A stretch of DNA of 64,000 bases from Tidjanibacter sp. (GCA_045634145.1 JAZQZS010000005.1:32492-96491), one strand, 5' to 3'; counted from the first letter of the stretch, positions 45,629 through 54,639 are shown. The notes: a model not told the origin generated them from the letters alone. Numbers and translations are program-made.

Positions 45629-46087
45629 CTATTTGTTGTTAAACACGGTTGCGCTGTTGTTGAAGGTCAGACGTCGCATAGAGCCGAGGCCCAGACGTAT
45701 GGACAACACAAGGGCAACGATTATGAGGGCGGCTAGTATGAACGGCAACAAGAGGGCCAACTTGTCGGCTTGGGTGATTTCGTTTTCATACTCCGACTTG
45801 TCGAAGACCTCAAAACAGTAGCCCAAGAGGGTGAACCCCTTGAACTCTTTGTCGGTTTTGCCCTCGGCCACCTCTTTTTTGTGGAGCACCTCGGCACATT
45901 TGACGGTCTTTTCTTTGGCCGTTTTGAATGTTTCGAGCGAGTAGGCCTTGTAGGCGTTGGCTATGGCGGCTTTGTAGTCCACCTTTTCCTGCTGAGGCTC
46001 GCTCACCTCTTTGGCATAGGTTGGGAGTACCATTGCCAACATCAGAGCCACGGTTAGGACTCTCCTTAGTAGTCGGCAGTTTTTCAT
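45629..46087 (-). CDS. hypothetical exported protein with C-terminal TM anchor
   Basis: 152 aa; signal peptide MKNCRLLRRVLTVALMLAMVLPTYA; Lys/Glu-rich helical region; TM LALLLPFILAALIIVALVLSI. Confidence 0.6.
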   Translation of the reverse strand: MKNCRLLRRVLTVALMLAMVLPTYAKEVSEPQQEKVDYKAAIANAYKAYSLETFKTAKEKTVKCAEVLHKKEVAEGKTDKEFKGFTLLGYCFEVFDKSEYENEITQADKLALLLPFILAALIIVALVLSIRLGLGSMRRLTFNNSATVFNNK

Positions 46088-46132
46088 AGTAGGTTGGGTT
46101 TAGGTGTTTTGTAAGGGGAGGGAAGGTTGGGG

Positions 46133-46873
46133 CTAAAACTCCAACCTCACGAGGAACGAGTTGCGGCCCTCGACACTACCTTCGACATAGTAGGTGGCCG
46201 AGCCGTCTTTGTATATTTTCATCTCCACCACATCGGTGGGGCGTACCTCGGCATTGAAGTTGATCTCCAACTCGCGCAGGGGTGAGGTGGTGGTAACGTC
46301 GAGCCCTACGGCATCCATTGCCCACACCACATACTGCACATTATTGACGTGCTGATTCATATCCAGGTCGGAGAAAGCCACGGTGTGCTGGGTGGTTTTC
46401 AGGGGCTGCAACTCTTGTGGGATGACCACTTTGGCTGCGGGCTCGGCGATGGCGTCTTCCACGATACACCTGCTCTGGTCGATGGCAAACTCGGCAAAGG
46501 CGCCGCGACGTGCGAGCCTGCGGGTGTTCATGTCGATAACGAGCCACGAGGTAGTCGCTTTGATGAGGGTTTCGCCCTGCTCGTTGCTCATTATGAAGTC
46601 ACGCAGAAACATAAAGCCGCTTGCACCCTTGTGCCACGATTTGAGGTTTACGTTATCTCGCCACAGTGGCAACTTCTCGAAAACGACCCTCATACGCGAG
46701 AGCACCCACGCCTGATGGGTTTCGCCCAGTGAGTCGTAACCCACGCCCAGATAGTCTGCGTGGAGGTTTGCGGCCTCTTGTGCCATATTGAGGAAGGCTG
46801 CGGGTTTGAGCCTTTGGTTGAGGTCGGTATCGTAACAGGGGATTCTGTAATCAGCGTTGAATTTTTCTATCAT
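46133..46873 (-). CDS. acyl-[acyl-carrier-protein] thioesterase
   Basis: 246 aa; double hot-dog pattern ..YRIPCYDTDLNQRLKPAAFLN..QAWVLSRMRV.. ..DLDMNQHVNNVQY.. Confidence 0.88.
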   Translation of the reverse strand: MIEKFNADYRIPCYDTDLNQRLKPAAFLNMAQEAANLHADYLGVGYDSLGETHQAWVLSRMRVVFEKLPLWRDNVNLKSWHKGASGFMFLRDFIMSNEQGETLIKATTSWLVIDMNTRRLARRGAFAEFAIDQSRCIVEDAIAEPAAKVVIPQELQPLKTTQHTVAFSDLDMNQHVNNVQYVVWAMDAVGLDVTTTSPLRELEINFNAEVRPTDVVEMKIYKDGSATYYVEGSVEGRNSFLVRLEF

Positions 46874-46968
46874 AATGTTTAGGGATTTTTATCTTCTGTA
46901 CAAATGTAGGATTTTTTTGCGAAAATGTATTATTTTTGCGGGGCAGATGTGAAACTCTGTGTGCAAAA

Positions 46969-47373
46969 ATGAAACGATGGCTGAAAAATATGTTATGGTT
47001 GGTGGCAATAGTGATTGTCGCCCAGCTCGACTTGCAGGCCGAACAGCGTAGGTGTGCCACTACGGCAGACCGTGTTGTTCGGGGCTGTGTTGTCGAGGCC
47101 GAGGGTGCCGACTACGACTATTTTGCCGAGCGCACCACCCATATTGCTCTGGTGCCCCAATCGTTTTGCGCCCCTTCGGCTTCGAGCCGCACTCTTACGC
47201 TTCGCCAGCGTACCGCTTCGGGCCCCTCGGCGTTGGCCTATGGTTTGGGTGGTGGCTACCACATCTGCAATAACCTTGTGCCCGGCCTTTTGAGTGGCGC
47301 TTGTGGCACATCTGCATCTATTGGTCGCCCTGCCGACTACTACATCTATGCCCTCAGGCATATAATCATTTAG
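46969..47373 (+). CDS. hypothetical small secreted Cys-containing protein
   Basis: Signal-like MKRWLKNMLWLVAIVIVAQLDLQA; GC3-rich codon usage like neighbouring genes. However, several overlapping ORFs exist here in other frames. Confidence 0.4.
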   Translation: MKRWLKNMLWLVAIVIVAQLDLQAEQRRCATTADRVVRGCVVEAEGADYDYFAERTTHIALVPQSFCAPSASSRTLTLRQRTASGPSALAYGLGGGYHICNNLVPGLLSGACGTSASIGRPADYYIYALRHIII

Positions 47374-47515
47374 CCCTTAGAAATTGTGCTTTTCGTGGAG
47401 TGAACCTTGCCGAGATGTTGGCGAGGTGTTGCTCGTGTGTGTTGTTGTCGTGCGTATGCTGCGCGACGACGATGCAAAATTTACAATGTCTAATAACTAA
47501 ATGATTTACAGAAAG

Positions 47516-47998
47516 ATGAAAGATATAACCAAACGTGAAGATTTCTTGGCCCTTAGTGGCGATATTCGTATAACCCGCAAGAGCCGCTTTGTGCCCGTGG
47601 TGATGTTGCTGCTGGGCGTGGCTCTGATTGTGTCGGCCTTTATGGTCGATAAGGAGGCCCACAACCTGAGCACCGCACTGCTTACGGCGGGCTTTGTGCT
47701 TACTATTGTGGGCGTGGTGATGTGTGTATGCCCTGGCGATAAGGTGATCTATGAGCCCACGGGCGAGCGTGTGCGCCTGAAAAAACGTAGCCACGAGCAG
47801 AGCGTTATGCCCAATGTCGAGCGAGCCATTGTCGATGGCAATGTGAGCGCCTTGGAACTCTTGCAGGCCGAGGGTAGTGGCCCCCTGATGTCGGTCTGCT
47901 GGTCTACCCATTCGGGCAGTTTCTATGTGGCCCAATTACAACAATATGTTCCCTATGAGTATAAACCCACCATGGAACCCGTGGTGATTATCAAGTAA
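47516..47998 (+). CDS. hypothetical membrane protein (2 TM)
   Basis: ORF 47501-47998; I prefer the start at MKDITKRED (47516). Two hydrophobic helices; no family recognised. Confidence 0.5.
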   Translation: MKDITKREDFLALSGDIRITRKSRFVPVVMLLLGVALIVSAFMVDKEAHNLSTALLTAGFVLTIVGVVMCVCPGDKVIYEPTGERVRLKKRSHEQSVMPNVERAIVDGNVSALELLQAEGSGPLMSVCWSTHSGSFYVAQLQQYVPYEYKPTMEPVVIIK

Positions 47999-48036
47999 GG
48001 GAGCCGAACTTATAATCCCAAAACCATTTTTTACGA

Positions 48037-48990
48037 ATGTTTGTAGTACTGATAGTTGTGGGCCTTGCGTTGCTCACCTTTGGAGCCAACCTGCTGACCA
48101 ATGGTGCGGTGGGGGTGGCCAAACGACTGCGAGTGTCGGAGTTTATGATTGGCGCCACGATTGTGGCTGTGGGCACCTCTATGCCCGAGTTTGTCGTGAG
48201 TGTCCAGAGCGCCATTCAGGGCCAGGCCGATGTGTCGATTGGCAATGTTGTGGGCTCCAACATTTTCAACATCTACGCCATTCTGGGCCTCACGAGTATG
48301 CTGGTGCCCATCACTTTTGTGCGTAGCAATGTGCGCACCGACGTGCCTATCTGCTTGGCGGTGTCGCTGCTGCTGTGTCTGATTGCGCTTGATATGACTC
48401 TGTGGGGTGGGGCACACAACGAGCTGAGCCGCACCGACGGTGTGATTCTTCTGCTGCTCTATGGGGTGTTCTTGTGGTTTATGATAGGCCGCGGGCGCAA
48501 ATCGGCCACGGCCGACGAGGGCGCAGGGAGCGAAGAACAGAAACCCTTGTGGAGATCGCTGCTGCTTGTGGTCTTGGGCGTAGGTGGATTGGTTTTGGGC
48601 TCAGATATGTTTCTCGATGGCAGCATCGAGCTTGCTCGAAGGGTAGGATTGAGCGAGGCGGTTATTGGCATAGTTTTCGTTGCGGCTGGTACCTCCATGC
48701 CGGAACTTTTTGCCTCGCTTGTTCCTGCCCTCAGGGGCAAGAACGACATCGCCCTGGGCAACATCTTGGGCTCCAACATTGCCAACATTCTGCTCATCTT
48801 GGGCACGAGTGCAACCATCACCCCCTTGCGCCTAGGTGGCATCACGGCTGTCGATATGGCCGTTATGGTGTCGGCTGTTGTGGCGGTGTTGGTGTCGGCA
48901 TTTGCGCTTGGGCGCAACAAGATTAGCCGCTTCGAGGGCCTTGTGTTCTTTGGCATCTATGTCGCCTACACACTGTATTTGCTTGGTTGA
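48037..48990 (+). CDS. calcium/sodium antiporter (CaCA family, YrbG-like)
   Basis: 317 aa; two alpha-repeats GNVVGSNIFNI and GNILGSNIANI. Confidence 0.9.
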   Translation: MFVVLIVVGLALLTFGANLLTNGAVGVAKRLRVSEFMIGATIVAVGTSMPEFVVSVQSAIQGQADVSIGNVVGSNIFNIYAILGLTSMLVPITFVRSNVRTDVPICLAVSLLLCLIALDMTLWGGAHNELSRTDGVILLLLYGVFLWFMIGRGRKSATADEGAGSEEQKPLWRSLLLVVLGVGGLVLGSDMFLDGSIELARRVGLSEAVIGIVFVAAGTSMPELFASLVPALRGKNDIALGNILGSNIANILLILGTSATITPLRLGGITAVDMAVMVSAVVAVLVSAFALGRNKISRFEGLVFFGIYVAYTLYLLG

Positions 48991-49079
48991 TAGATTGTGA
49001 TAATTGTAGTAGTTAGTTAATGAGGGAGGGCCGAACTGCGTGATGCAATTCGGCCCTCTTGTTTGTGGGGCTTGATATG

Positions 49080-50063
49080 CTACAAAACACTGTCGGCCAA
49101 CACTATTGCCACGGCGGCCTCGATGACCACTCCGGCTCTGAGGGCGATGCAGACGTCGTGCCTTCCGCCCACTTCGAGGGGCTCCACTGTGCCCGTTGCG
49201 GTGTTGAGGGTCTGCTGAGTGCGCCTAATGCTGGGGGTGGGCTTCACGGCCACGCGAACCACCAGCGGATTGCCGTTGCTGATACCGCCATTTATACCTC
49301 CGGCATTGTTGGTGGCGGTAGTGCCGTCGGGCGAGATTATGGGGTCGTTGTTGCCGCTACCGGTTATGCGGGTCGAGTCGAAACCGAGTCCGAACTCTAC
49401 ACCTTTCACTGCGGGAATGGCAAAGAGTATGTGGGCCAACTGACTCTCCAACGAGTCGAAGAAGGGCTCGCCCAAACCCACGGGCATACCCTGGGCCTGA
49501 CACTCTATGATTGCTCCAACCGAGTCGCCCTCGGCCGATGCGCGGGCCAACAATTCGGGCCAACACTCGGGGTCTTTTTGTCCCCACAACTCGGTTATGT
49601 GACTTGCGATATTGAGGTCGGGGAACTTGGTTGCAATGATCTTCTTGGCCACCACACCTGCCGCCACGATGGGCAGAGTCAGACGGCCCGAGAAGTGTCC
49701 GCCACCACGAGGATCGTTGTAGCCCTCGAATTTGTGGGCAGCCACCCAGTCGGCGTGACCGGGGCGTGGAGTTGCGGCCAGCGAGTCGTAATCAGTGCTG
49801 TGCTGCGACTCGTTGCGGAAGAGTATCGAGATGGGGGCTCCGGTTGTGAAACCCTTGTAGATGCCGCTGAGCAGGGTAGGGGTGTCGCTTTCGATTCGAG
49901 GGGTTGTCGAGGGCTTGCCACCCTTGCGACGCTCGATGTCGGTGGCAAAGTCGCCCTCGGCGAGAGCTATGCCTGCGGGTACTCCGTCGATGACTATGCC
50001 CAGCGCAGGGCCGTGCGATTCGCCCCAAATTGCGAGCCTCAGTTTTGTGCCAAAAGTGTTCAT
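49080..50063 (-). CDS. aroC: chorismate synthase
   Basis: MNTFGTKLRLAIWGESHGPALGIVIDGVP.. ; RPGHAD ; GGGHFSGR. Confidence 0.93.
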   Translation of the reverse strand: MNTFGTKLRLAIWGESHGPALGIVIDGVPAGIALAEGDFATDIERRKGGKPSTTPRIESDTPTLLSGIYKGFTTGAPISILFRNESQHSTDYDSLAATPRPGHADWVAAHKFEGYNDPRGGGHFSGRLTLPIVAAGVVAKKIIATKFPDLNIASHITELWGQKDPECWPELLARASAEGDSVGAIIECQAQGMPVGLGEPFFDSLESQLAHILFAIPAVKGVEFGLGFDSTRITGSGNNDPIISPDGTTATNNAGGINGGISNGNPLVVRVAVKPTPSIRRTQQTLNTATGTVEPLEVGGRHDVCIALRAGVVIEAAVAIVLADSVL

Positions 50064-50082
50064 TTGTATCTCTCTGTTTTTG

Positions 50083-52104
50083 CTATTTGTTCAATCCGAA
50101 AACCTCCCAAAACGAGGGCCACGACTTGGCTACGCAGTCGAGCGAGTCGAGCGTGCAGGGCTCCTCGATGAAGAGTGCTGCTACCGCCAAGGCCATAGCC
50201 ATTCGGTGGTCGTTGTGGGCGCAGAGCGACGCTCCGCGCAGGGGTTTGCCACCACGCACCACCAATTCATCGCCCTCAATGTCGATGTCGGCTCCCAGAG
50301 CGAGCAGTTCGGCCACCAGCGCGCTACGACGGTTGCTCTCCTTGTTGAGCAACCTTCCGAGCCCGCCAATACGGCTCTCGCCATTGGCAAAGAGGCCCAA
50401 GATGGCCAACGTGGGAATGGCGTCGGGAGCGTGGGTTGCGTCGCACACAATGGGGGCGAGCCCCTCGGAGGGGAGCAACACGATGTCGCAAATCTCCTGC
50501 ACGGCCTGACGAGTGCCGTCGAACTCCATCTCCACCGCGTCGGTGTCTACAAACTCCACATTGCAGCCCGAGGCTATCAGCTTGTGCAGTATGATTCGGT
50601 CGGCTTGGTTGGAACGCATATTCATTCCGCCCACGACGTAACCCTCGGGGCGTGGAGCAAAGCCGCTCTGAGCAATGGCTGCTGCGGCCAACAGATAACC
50701 TGCCGAACTCCAATCGGCCTCGATGAATATATCCCTGCCGAGATACTTTTCCTCCTCTGATACCACGAAGGTGAGTGGCTCGCTGCCGTCGGCTTCGAGT
50801 CCGTAACCTGCGCCGTAGTCGATGCCGAAGAGCAACATCACGTTGAGGGTCATATCCAAGTAGGGCTTACTTGTGGGCTTGGCTATCTCTATCTTACAAC
50901 TCTGCTCTCGCAGTGGTGCACCCATCAGCAGTCCCGATATGAGCTGCGACGAGTGACATGCCTCCACGGCTATGGTGTTGGTCCTCACTCCGCCCTTTAT
51001 GGTCAGGGGCAGATGGTTGTTGTTGCTCTCGACCTCTACTCCGAGCGAGTTGAGAATGGCAATGTCGGCCTCGAACGAACGCCCAGGTAGGGTGCCGTGG
51101 CCCACAATGGTAGCACCGCTACCGACCATCGCCACCAGACCCATCGTGAGCCTTGCCAGCAGGGCCGACTCGCCCACATCGAAGGTGTGGCCTTGGGCGG
51201 CCGCAAGACCATTGCGACCTACGCCTTGGATTGTGATTTGGGTGTCGGAAACCTCCACCTCGGCGCCCAACGAACGGGCCCAACCAAGGGCTGCACGAGT
51301 GTCGCCACACAGCGAGCCGCTATACGATAGTCGGCTTGTCCCCTCGGCAATGGTTGCCGCCACAATGGCCCTCTGGAAGTAGCTCTTGCTACCCGTGGGT
51401 GTGGCCTTGTGGGGTATGGATATTTGCGACAGAGAGGTTCCGCTCTCCATCAGGTTTTTCAACTCCGAGTGTGTCATTTGCCCGGGGGCGGTAGCTGCAC
51501 CTCCGTCGGGAGCTACAAAGGTGAACGGAGCGCCCTCAATGAGCGAAAGGCGACGTGTGCAGACCCCCTCGCGACCCATTGCGAAGGCCACCAATCGGCC
51601 CGCAAGCTGTGGGTAACGACGGTATAGCTTACCGAGAGTAATTGCATCTTGGGCATCTGTGGCGGTGGTGGCCACTTTGACAATGTGTGCCCCCATCGAG
51701 AGGCACTTTTCGACCACCTCCGACAACTCCTCCAACGAAGGAGTGAGGGTGTAGTTGTGATAGGATATCAGGAGTTTGACATCGGTACCTTCAACCAGAG
51801 ATTTAACCCTCTCGACCAACCAATCGGGTGCGTCAATCTCTACGTCTACCAACTTTGCACCCCCCGCGATTGCCACCGCATACTGCTCTTCGGCCCACTT
51901 GGGGTCGAGCTCTTCCAGATGACAGGTGTAGAGCAGATTGGGGTGCGCGCAAACCACACGGCGCAACTCGTCGCTGCTCAGTCGGCACAAATCGCCCCTG
52001 AGCTCGACCATAGGGGCCGAGGAGAGTTGCTCCAAACAACGCTCTGCGTCGGGGGGCGATATGCTTATGCAATACATTGGTGTGCTTGTGTTTTTCTGCT
52101 CCAA
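50083..52104 (-). CDS. bifunctional fusion: type I 3-dehydroquinate dehydratase (N-terminal ~225 aa) plus 3-phosphoshikimate 1-carboxyvinyltransferase (C-terminal ~440 aa)
   Basis: N-terminal part has AroD-type ..VELRGD.. ISYHNY .. HIVKVATTA (Schiff-base Lys context). C-terminal part has EPSP synthase pattern ..GSKSYFQRA.., ..DHRMAMALAVAAL... Confidence 0.85.
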   Translation of the reverse strand: MEQKNTSTPMYCISISPPDAERCLEQLSSAPMVELRGDLCRLSSDELRRVVCAHPNLLYTCHLEELDPKWAEEQYAVAIAGGAKLVDVEIDAPDWLVERVKSLVEGTDVKLLISYHNYTLTPSLEELSEVVEKCLSMGAHIVKVATTATDAQDAITLGKLYRRYPQLAGRLVAFAMGREGVCTRRLSLIEGAPFTFVAPDGGAATAPGQMTHSELKNLMESGTSLSQISIPHKATPTGSKSYFQRAIVAATIAEGTSRLSYSGSLCGDTRAALGWARSLGAEVEVSDTQITIQGVGRNGLAAAQGHTFDVGESALLARLTMGLVAMVGSGATIVGHGTLPGRSFEADIAILNSLGVEVESNNNHLPLTIKGGVRTNTIAVEACHSSQLISGLLMGAPLREQSCKIEIAKPTSKPYLDMTLNVMLLFGIDYGAGYGLEADGSEPLTFVVSEEEKYLGRDIFIEADWSSAGYLLAAAAIAQSGFAPRPEGYVVGGMNMRSNQADRIILHKLIASGCNVEFVDTDAVEMEFDGTRQAVQEICDIVLLPSEGLAPIVCDATHAPDAIPTLAILGLFANGESRIGGLGRLLNKESNRRSALVAELLALGADIDIEGDELVVRGGKPLRGASLCAHNDHRMAMALAVAALFIEEPCTLDSLDCVAKSWPSFWEVFGLNK

Positions 52105-52133
52105 ATATACAAAGATAGAAAAAACGAGCGAAA

Positions 52134-53153
52134 TTATCTAATTTTTGCTCGACTAAGTGCCTCGGCATAACGCCTGGCGTAGCGGTTGTGCTCGCTCAGG
52201 CTCTTGGAGAAGTAGTGTCGGCCCGAGAAATCCTCCTTGGCACAGAAGTAGAGGTAGGAGTGGCTCTCGAAGTTGAGCACCGCGTCAATGGCCACAATGG
52301 GGGCCAAACAGATGGGGCCGGGGGTGAGTCCTCGGTGGAGGTAGGTGTTGTAGGGCGACTTTACTTGTGTGTGCTTGTGGAGCACGCGCTTGATGGTGAA
52401 GTCGCCCACGGCATACTTGGCCGTAGGACAGGCCTGCAAGGGTATGCCGCGACGCAGACGATTCAGATATACGCCCGCAATTTTGGGCATCTCGGAGGTT
52501 ACTTTGGTCTCCTCGTAGATGATAGATGCGAGGGTCACGACCTCCATTTCGTTAAGTTTTGTGCGGGCCAGCTTGGCTTTGCGCTCGGCGTTCCAAAAGG
52601 CGTTGTACTCCTTGAACATTCGGTCGGTGAGGGCCTCGGGCGAGAGTGTCCACCACACCTCGTAGGTGTTGGGGATAAATATGCCGATTAACTGCTCGGG
52701 CTTCAAGTTGTACTTGGCAGCCGTGGCGGGGTTGGTCAGATGGGTGTAGAGCGCCACCGAGTCGGCCTCGATTTGGGTGGCCAGACGACCCGCAAGCTGA
52801 TCGAGGGTGCGGATGTTGTTGAAGGTGAGCTTTACGGGTTTTTGAGCACCCGCGCGAAGTGTGCCCACAATGCCCATAGCGTTGCTACCCGCGGGCAGAA
52901 CATAGTGGCCGGGCTTGACACTTTGGTCGAGCTTGCGGAGTTTGCCCACCAGAGCCACGACGCTCATATTGCGTGTGCCGTGTGCTTCGAGGGTGTCGAG
53001 CAGGGCGGGGTAGGAGGAGCCTGTGGGGAGATAGAACTCCGCCTTGTGGGGCAGACACGAGGTTGTGGCTCGTCCCAGGGTGAGAGCTCCGATTATGCCG
53101 ATAATGGCCACGAGGGCCACGAAAAGTGCGGTGGATTTGCGTTTCTTTGCCAT
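52134..53153 (-). CDS. mltG: endolytic murein transglycosylase MltG (YceG family)
   Basis: 339 aa; N-terminal TM; ..ASIIYEE.. catalytic region; ..SPYNTY..GLTPGPI. Confidence 0.9.
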   Translation of the reverse strand: MAKKRKSTALFVALVAIIGIIGALTLGRATTSCLPHKAEFYLPTGSSYPALLDTLEAHGTRNMSVVALVGKLRKLDQSVKPGHYVLPAGSNAMGIVGTLRAGAQKPVKLTFNNIRTLDQLAGRLATQIEADSVALYTHLTNPATAAKYNLKPEQLIGIFIPNTYEVWWTLSPEALTDRMFKEYNAFWNAERKAKLARTKLNEMEVVTLASIIYEETKVTSEMPKIAGVYLNRLRRGIPLQACPTAKYAVGDFTIKRVLHKHTQVKSPYNTYLHRGLTPGPICLAPIVAIDAVLNFESHSYLYFCAKEDFSGRHYFSKSLSEHNRYARRYAEALSRAKIR

Positions 53154-53167
53154 AAAAGATCAAATTT

Positions 53168-53198
53168 TTTGCAAATGTAAGAAAAAATTGTACATTTG
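53168..53198 (+). promoter_or_regulatory. canonical Bacteroidota promoter (towards tsaC), embedded in a 9-bp inverted repeat shared with the divergent mltG side
   Basis: TTTG (53168-53171), N19, TACATTTG (53191-53198). GCAAATGTA/TACATTTGC is an inverted repeat, so the minus strand also reads TACATTTG (53179-53172), 18 nt before the mltG ATG. Confidence 0.5.
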
Positions 53199-53355
53199 CA
53201 CCTCGGGTAAGTCTTATACGACCAGCTCCTGCTGAATCCCCCAGGCTTGGAAGAGAGCAAGGGTAGGTGGTTGTAGCGGTGCGATATAAGTAGCTTACCC
53301 TTTTTTTATTTGAGTAGCTCACCATTTTAACTATGGCCTGCGGGCCCCTAAAACT

Positions 53356-53964
53356 ATGGCTACATTTGTTAAAATCTACCCCCAAAACCCCAACGAACGC
53401 GAGATTGAGCGTGTCGTAAAGGTGTTGCGTGCCGACGGAGTGATTATCTATCCTACCGACGGTGTCTACGCCTTTGGATGTTCGTTGCAGAGCCCCAAGG
53501 CTATCGAACGATTGGCCAAGCTGCGTGATAAGTCGGACAAAAATCTCTCCATCGTGTGTGGCGACATCTCTATGGCCGACAAGTTTACCCGCATAGATAA
53601 TTGGCAGTTCAAACTGCTCAAACGCAATACCCCCGGTGCTTTTACGTTCTTGTTGGAGGCTTCGACGAAGATGCCCGATAAGGCTCTGGGTGGCCGCAAA
53701 GTTGTAGGTGTGAGGATTCCTGATAACAACATTCCTCTGGCTATTGTCGAGCGCCTCGGCTCGCCCTTGGTTACGGCCTCGGTGAAGGATGACGATGAGG
53801 TTGTGGAGTACACCACCGACCCCGAACTGATGGCCGAGCGCTATGACGATGTGGTCGATATGGTTATTGACGGTGGCTATGGCTCGCTGGTGCCCACGAC
53901 GCTTGTGGACCTCACGGGCGACGAGGAGGAGGTTCTCCGCGAGGGCGCGGGCGAACTAAAATAG
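53356..53964 (+). CDS. tsaC: L-threonylcarbamoyladenylate synthase (YrdC/TsaC family)
   Basis: 202 aa; ..IIYPTDGVYAFGC.. , ..PGAFTFLL.., ..SAS... Confidence 0.88.
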   Translation: MATFVKIYPQNPNEREIERVVKVLRADGVIIYPTDGVYAFGCSLQSPKAIERLAKLRDKSDKNLSIVCGDISMADKFTRIDNWQFKLLKRNTPGAFTFLLEASTKMPDKALGGRKVVGVRIPDNNIPLAIVERLGSPLVTASVKDDDEVVEYTTDPELMAERYDDVVDMVIDGGYGSLVPTTLVDLTGDEEEVLREGAGELK

Positions 53965-54053
53965 GGTAGAGCAAAGTAATGTAAGAGATGCGTAGCATCT
54001 CAGAAAAGTTTTTGGTGCAGCTTTTTACAAAAAGGTGCAAAAAGAAAAAAGGT
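53964..54053 (+). repeat. dispersed ~90-nt structured intergenic element, copy C (forward orientation), abutting the DUF4199 gene ATG
   Basis: GGGTAGAGCAAAGTAATGTAAGAGATGCGTAGCATCTCAGAAAAGTTTTTGGTGCAGCTTTTTACAAAAAGGTGCAAAAAGAAAAAAGGT-ATG. Confidence 0.85.
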
Positions 54054-54629
54054 ATGAACAAAACAATTTTTTGGATGGAGGCGCTCAAAGCGGGCACTAT
54101 TGTAGGCCTTGTGAGCGTAGCTTTTTCGATTGCCGTGCAGGCTATTAGCGGCCCTATGCCCGAGTCGAGCTGGATTAAGATTCTCAACTTCGTGTCGGTG
54201 CTGGTGAGCCTGCTGCTGGTCTATGGCTTTACTCGCCGCTTTGCTGCGATGCACTCGGTCGAGGAGGGCTTCTCGTATGGTCAGGGTGTTAAGTTTGTGT
54301 TGGCACTGATGCTCTTTGTGGGTGTCCTGAGCGGCATTTATAGCGCCGTTATGGCCAACTTCTTCATCAAGGAGGATCTGTTGGCAAGTGTCGATACCAT
54401 TATGGCACAGATGCAGGATGCCATTCCTGCCGACCAGTTCGAGGCTACCTACGACACTATGCGTGGCGCGGTTATTAACCCAATGATTCTGACCATTTCA
54501 AATGTATTGTCGAACCTCTTTACGGGTCTGCTTTTTGGTGTGGTGATTGCGGGCATTACCCGCCGCCAGCCCGACATTTTTGCTACCCCCGTGGTGAGTG
54601 AGGAGGAGAAAACTAACGACCAAGAGTAA
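54054..54629 (+). CDS. DUF4199-like membrane protein
   Basis: ~191 aa, 4 TM, starts MNKTIFWMEALKAG. Family name recalled from the conserved Bacteroidota trio DUF4199 / GT2 / DUF4293. Confidence 0.65.
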   Translation: MNKTIFWMEALKAGTIVGLVSVAFSIAVQAISGPMPESSWIKILNFVSVLVSLLLVYGFTRRFAAMHSVEEGFSYGQGVKFVLALMLFVGVLSGIYSAVMANFFIKEDLLASVDTIMAQMQDAIPADQFEATYDTMRGAVINPMILTISNVLSNLFTGLLFGVVIAGITRRQPDIFATPVVSEEEKTNDQE

Positions 54630-54639
54630 AAGTATAAAT

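Noticed and set aside
46993-47361. Minus-strand 122-aa ORF and two further + frame ORFs overlapping the putative small secreted protein gene at 46969-47373.
   Set aside because: Only the 46969 frame has a signal-peptide-like start and codon usage resembling neighbouring genes. Even that call is low confidence, and the others have no support.
53964-54053. Interpreting the dispersed structured element as a riboswitch or a standard promoter.
   Set aside because: The three downstream genes (murE, a DUF4199-like gene, a CoA-transferase) share no metabolite logic. The element lacks a TAnnTTTG -7 box with a spaced TTTG in either orientation. I kept it as an unexplained repeat family.
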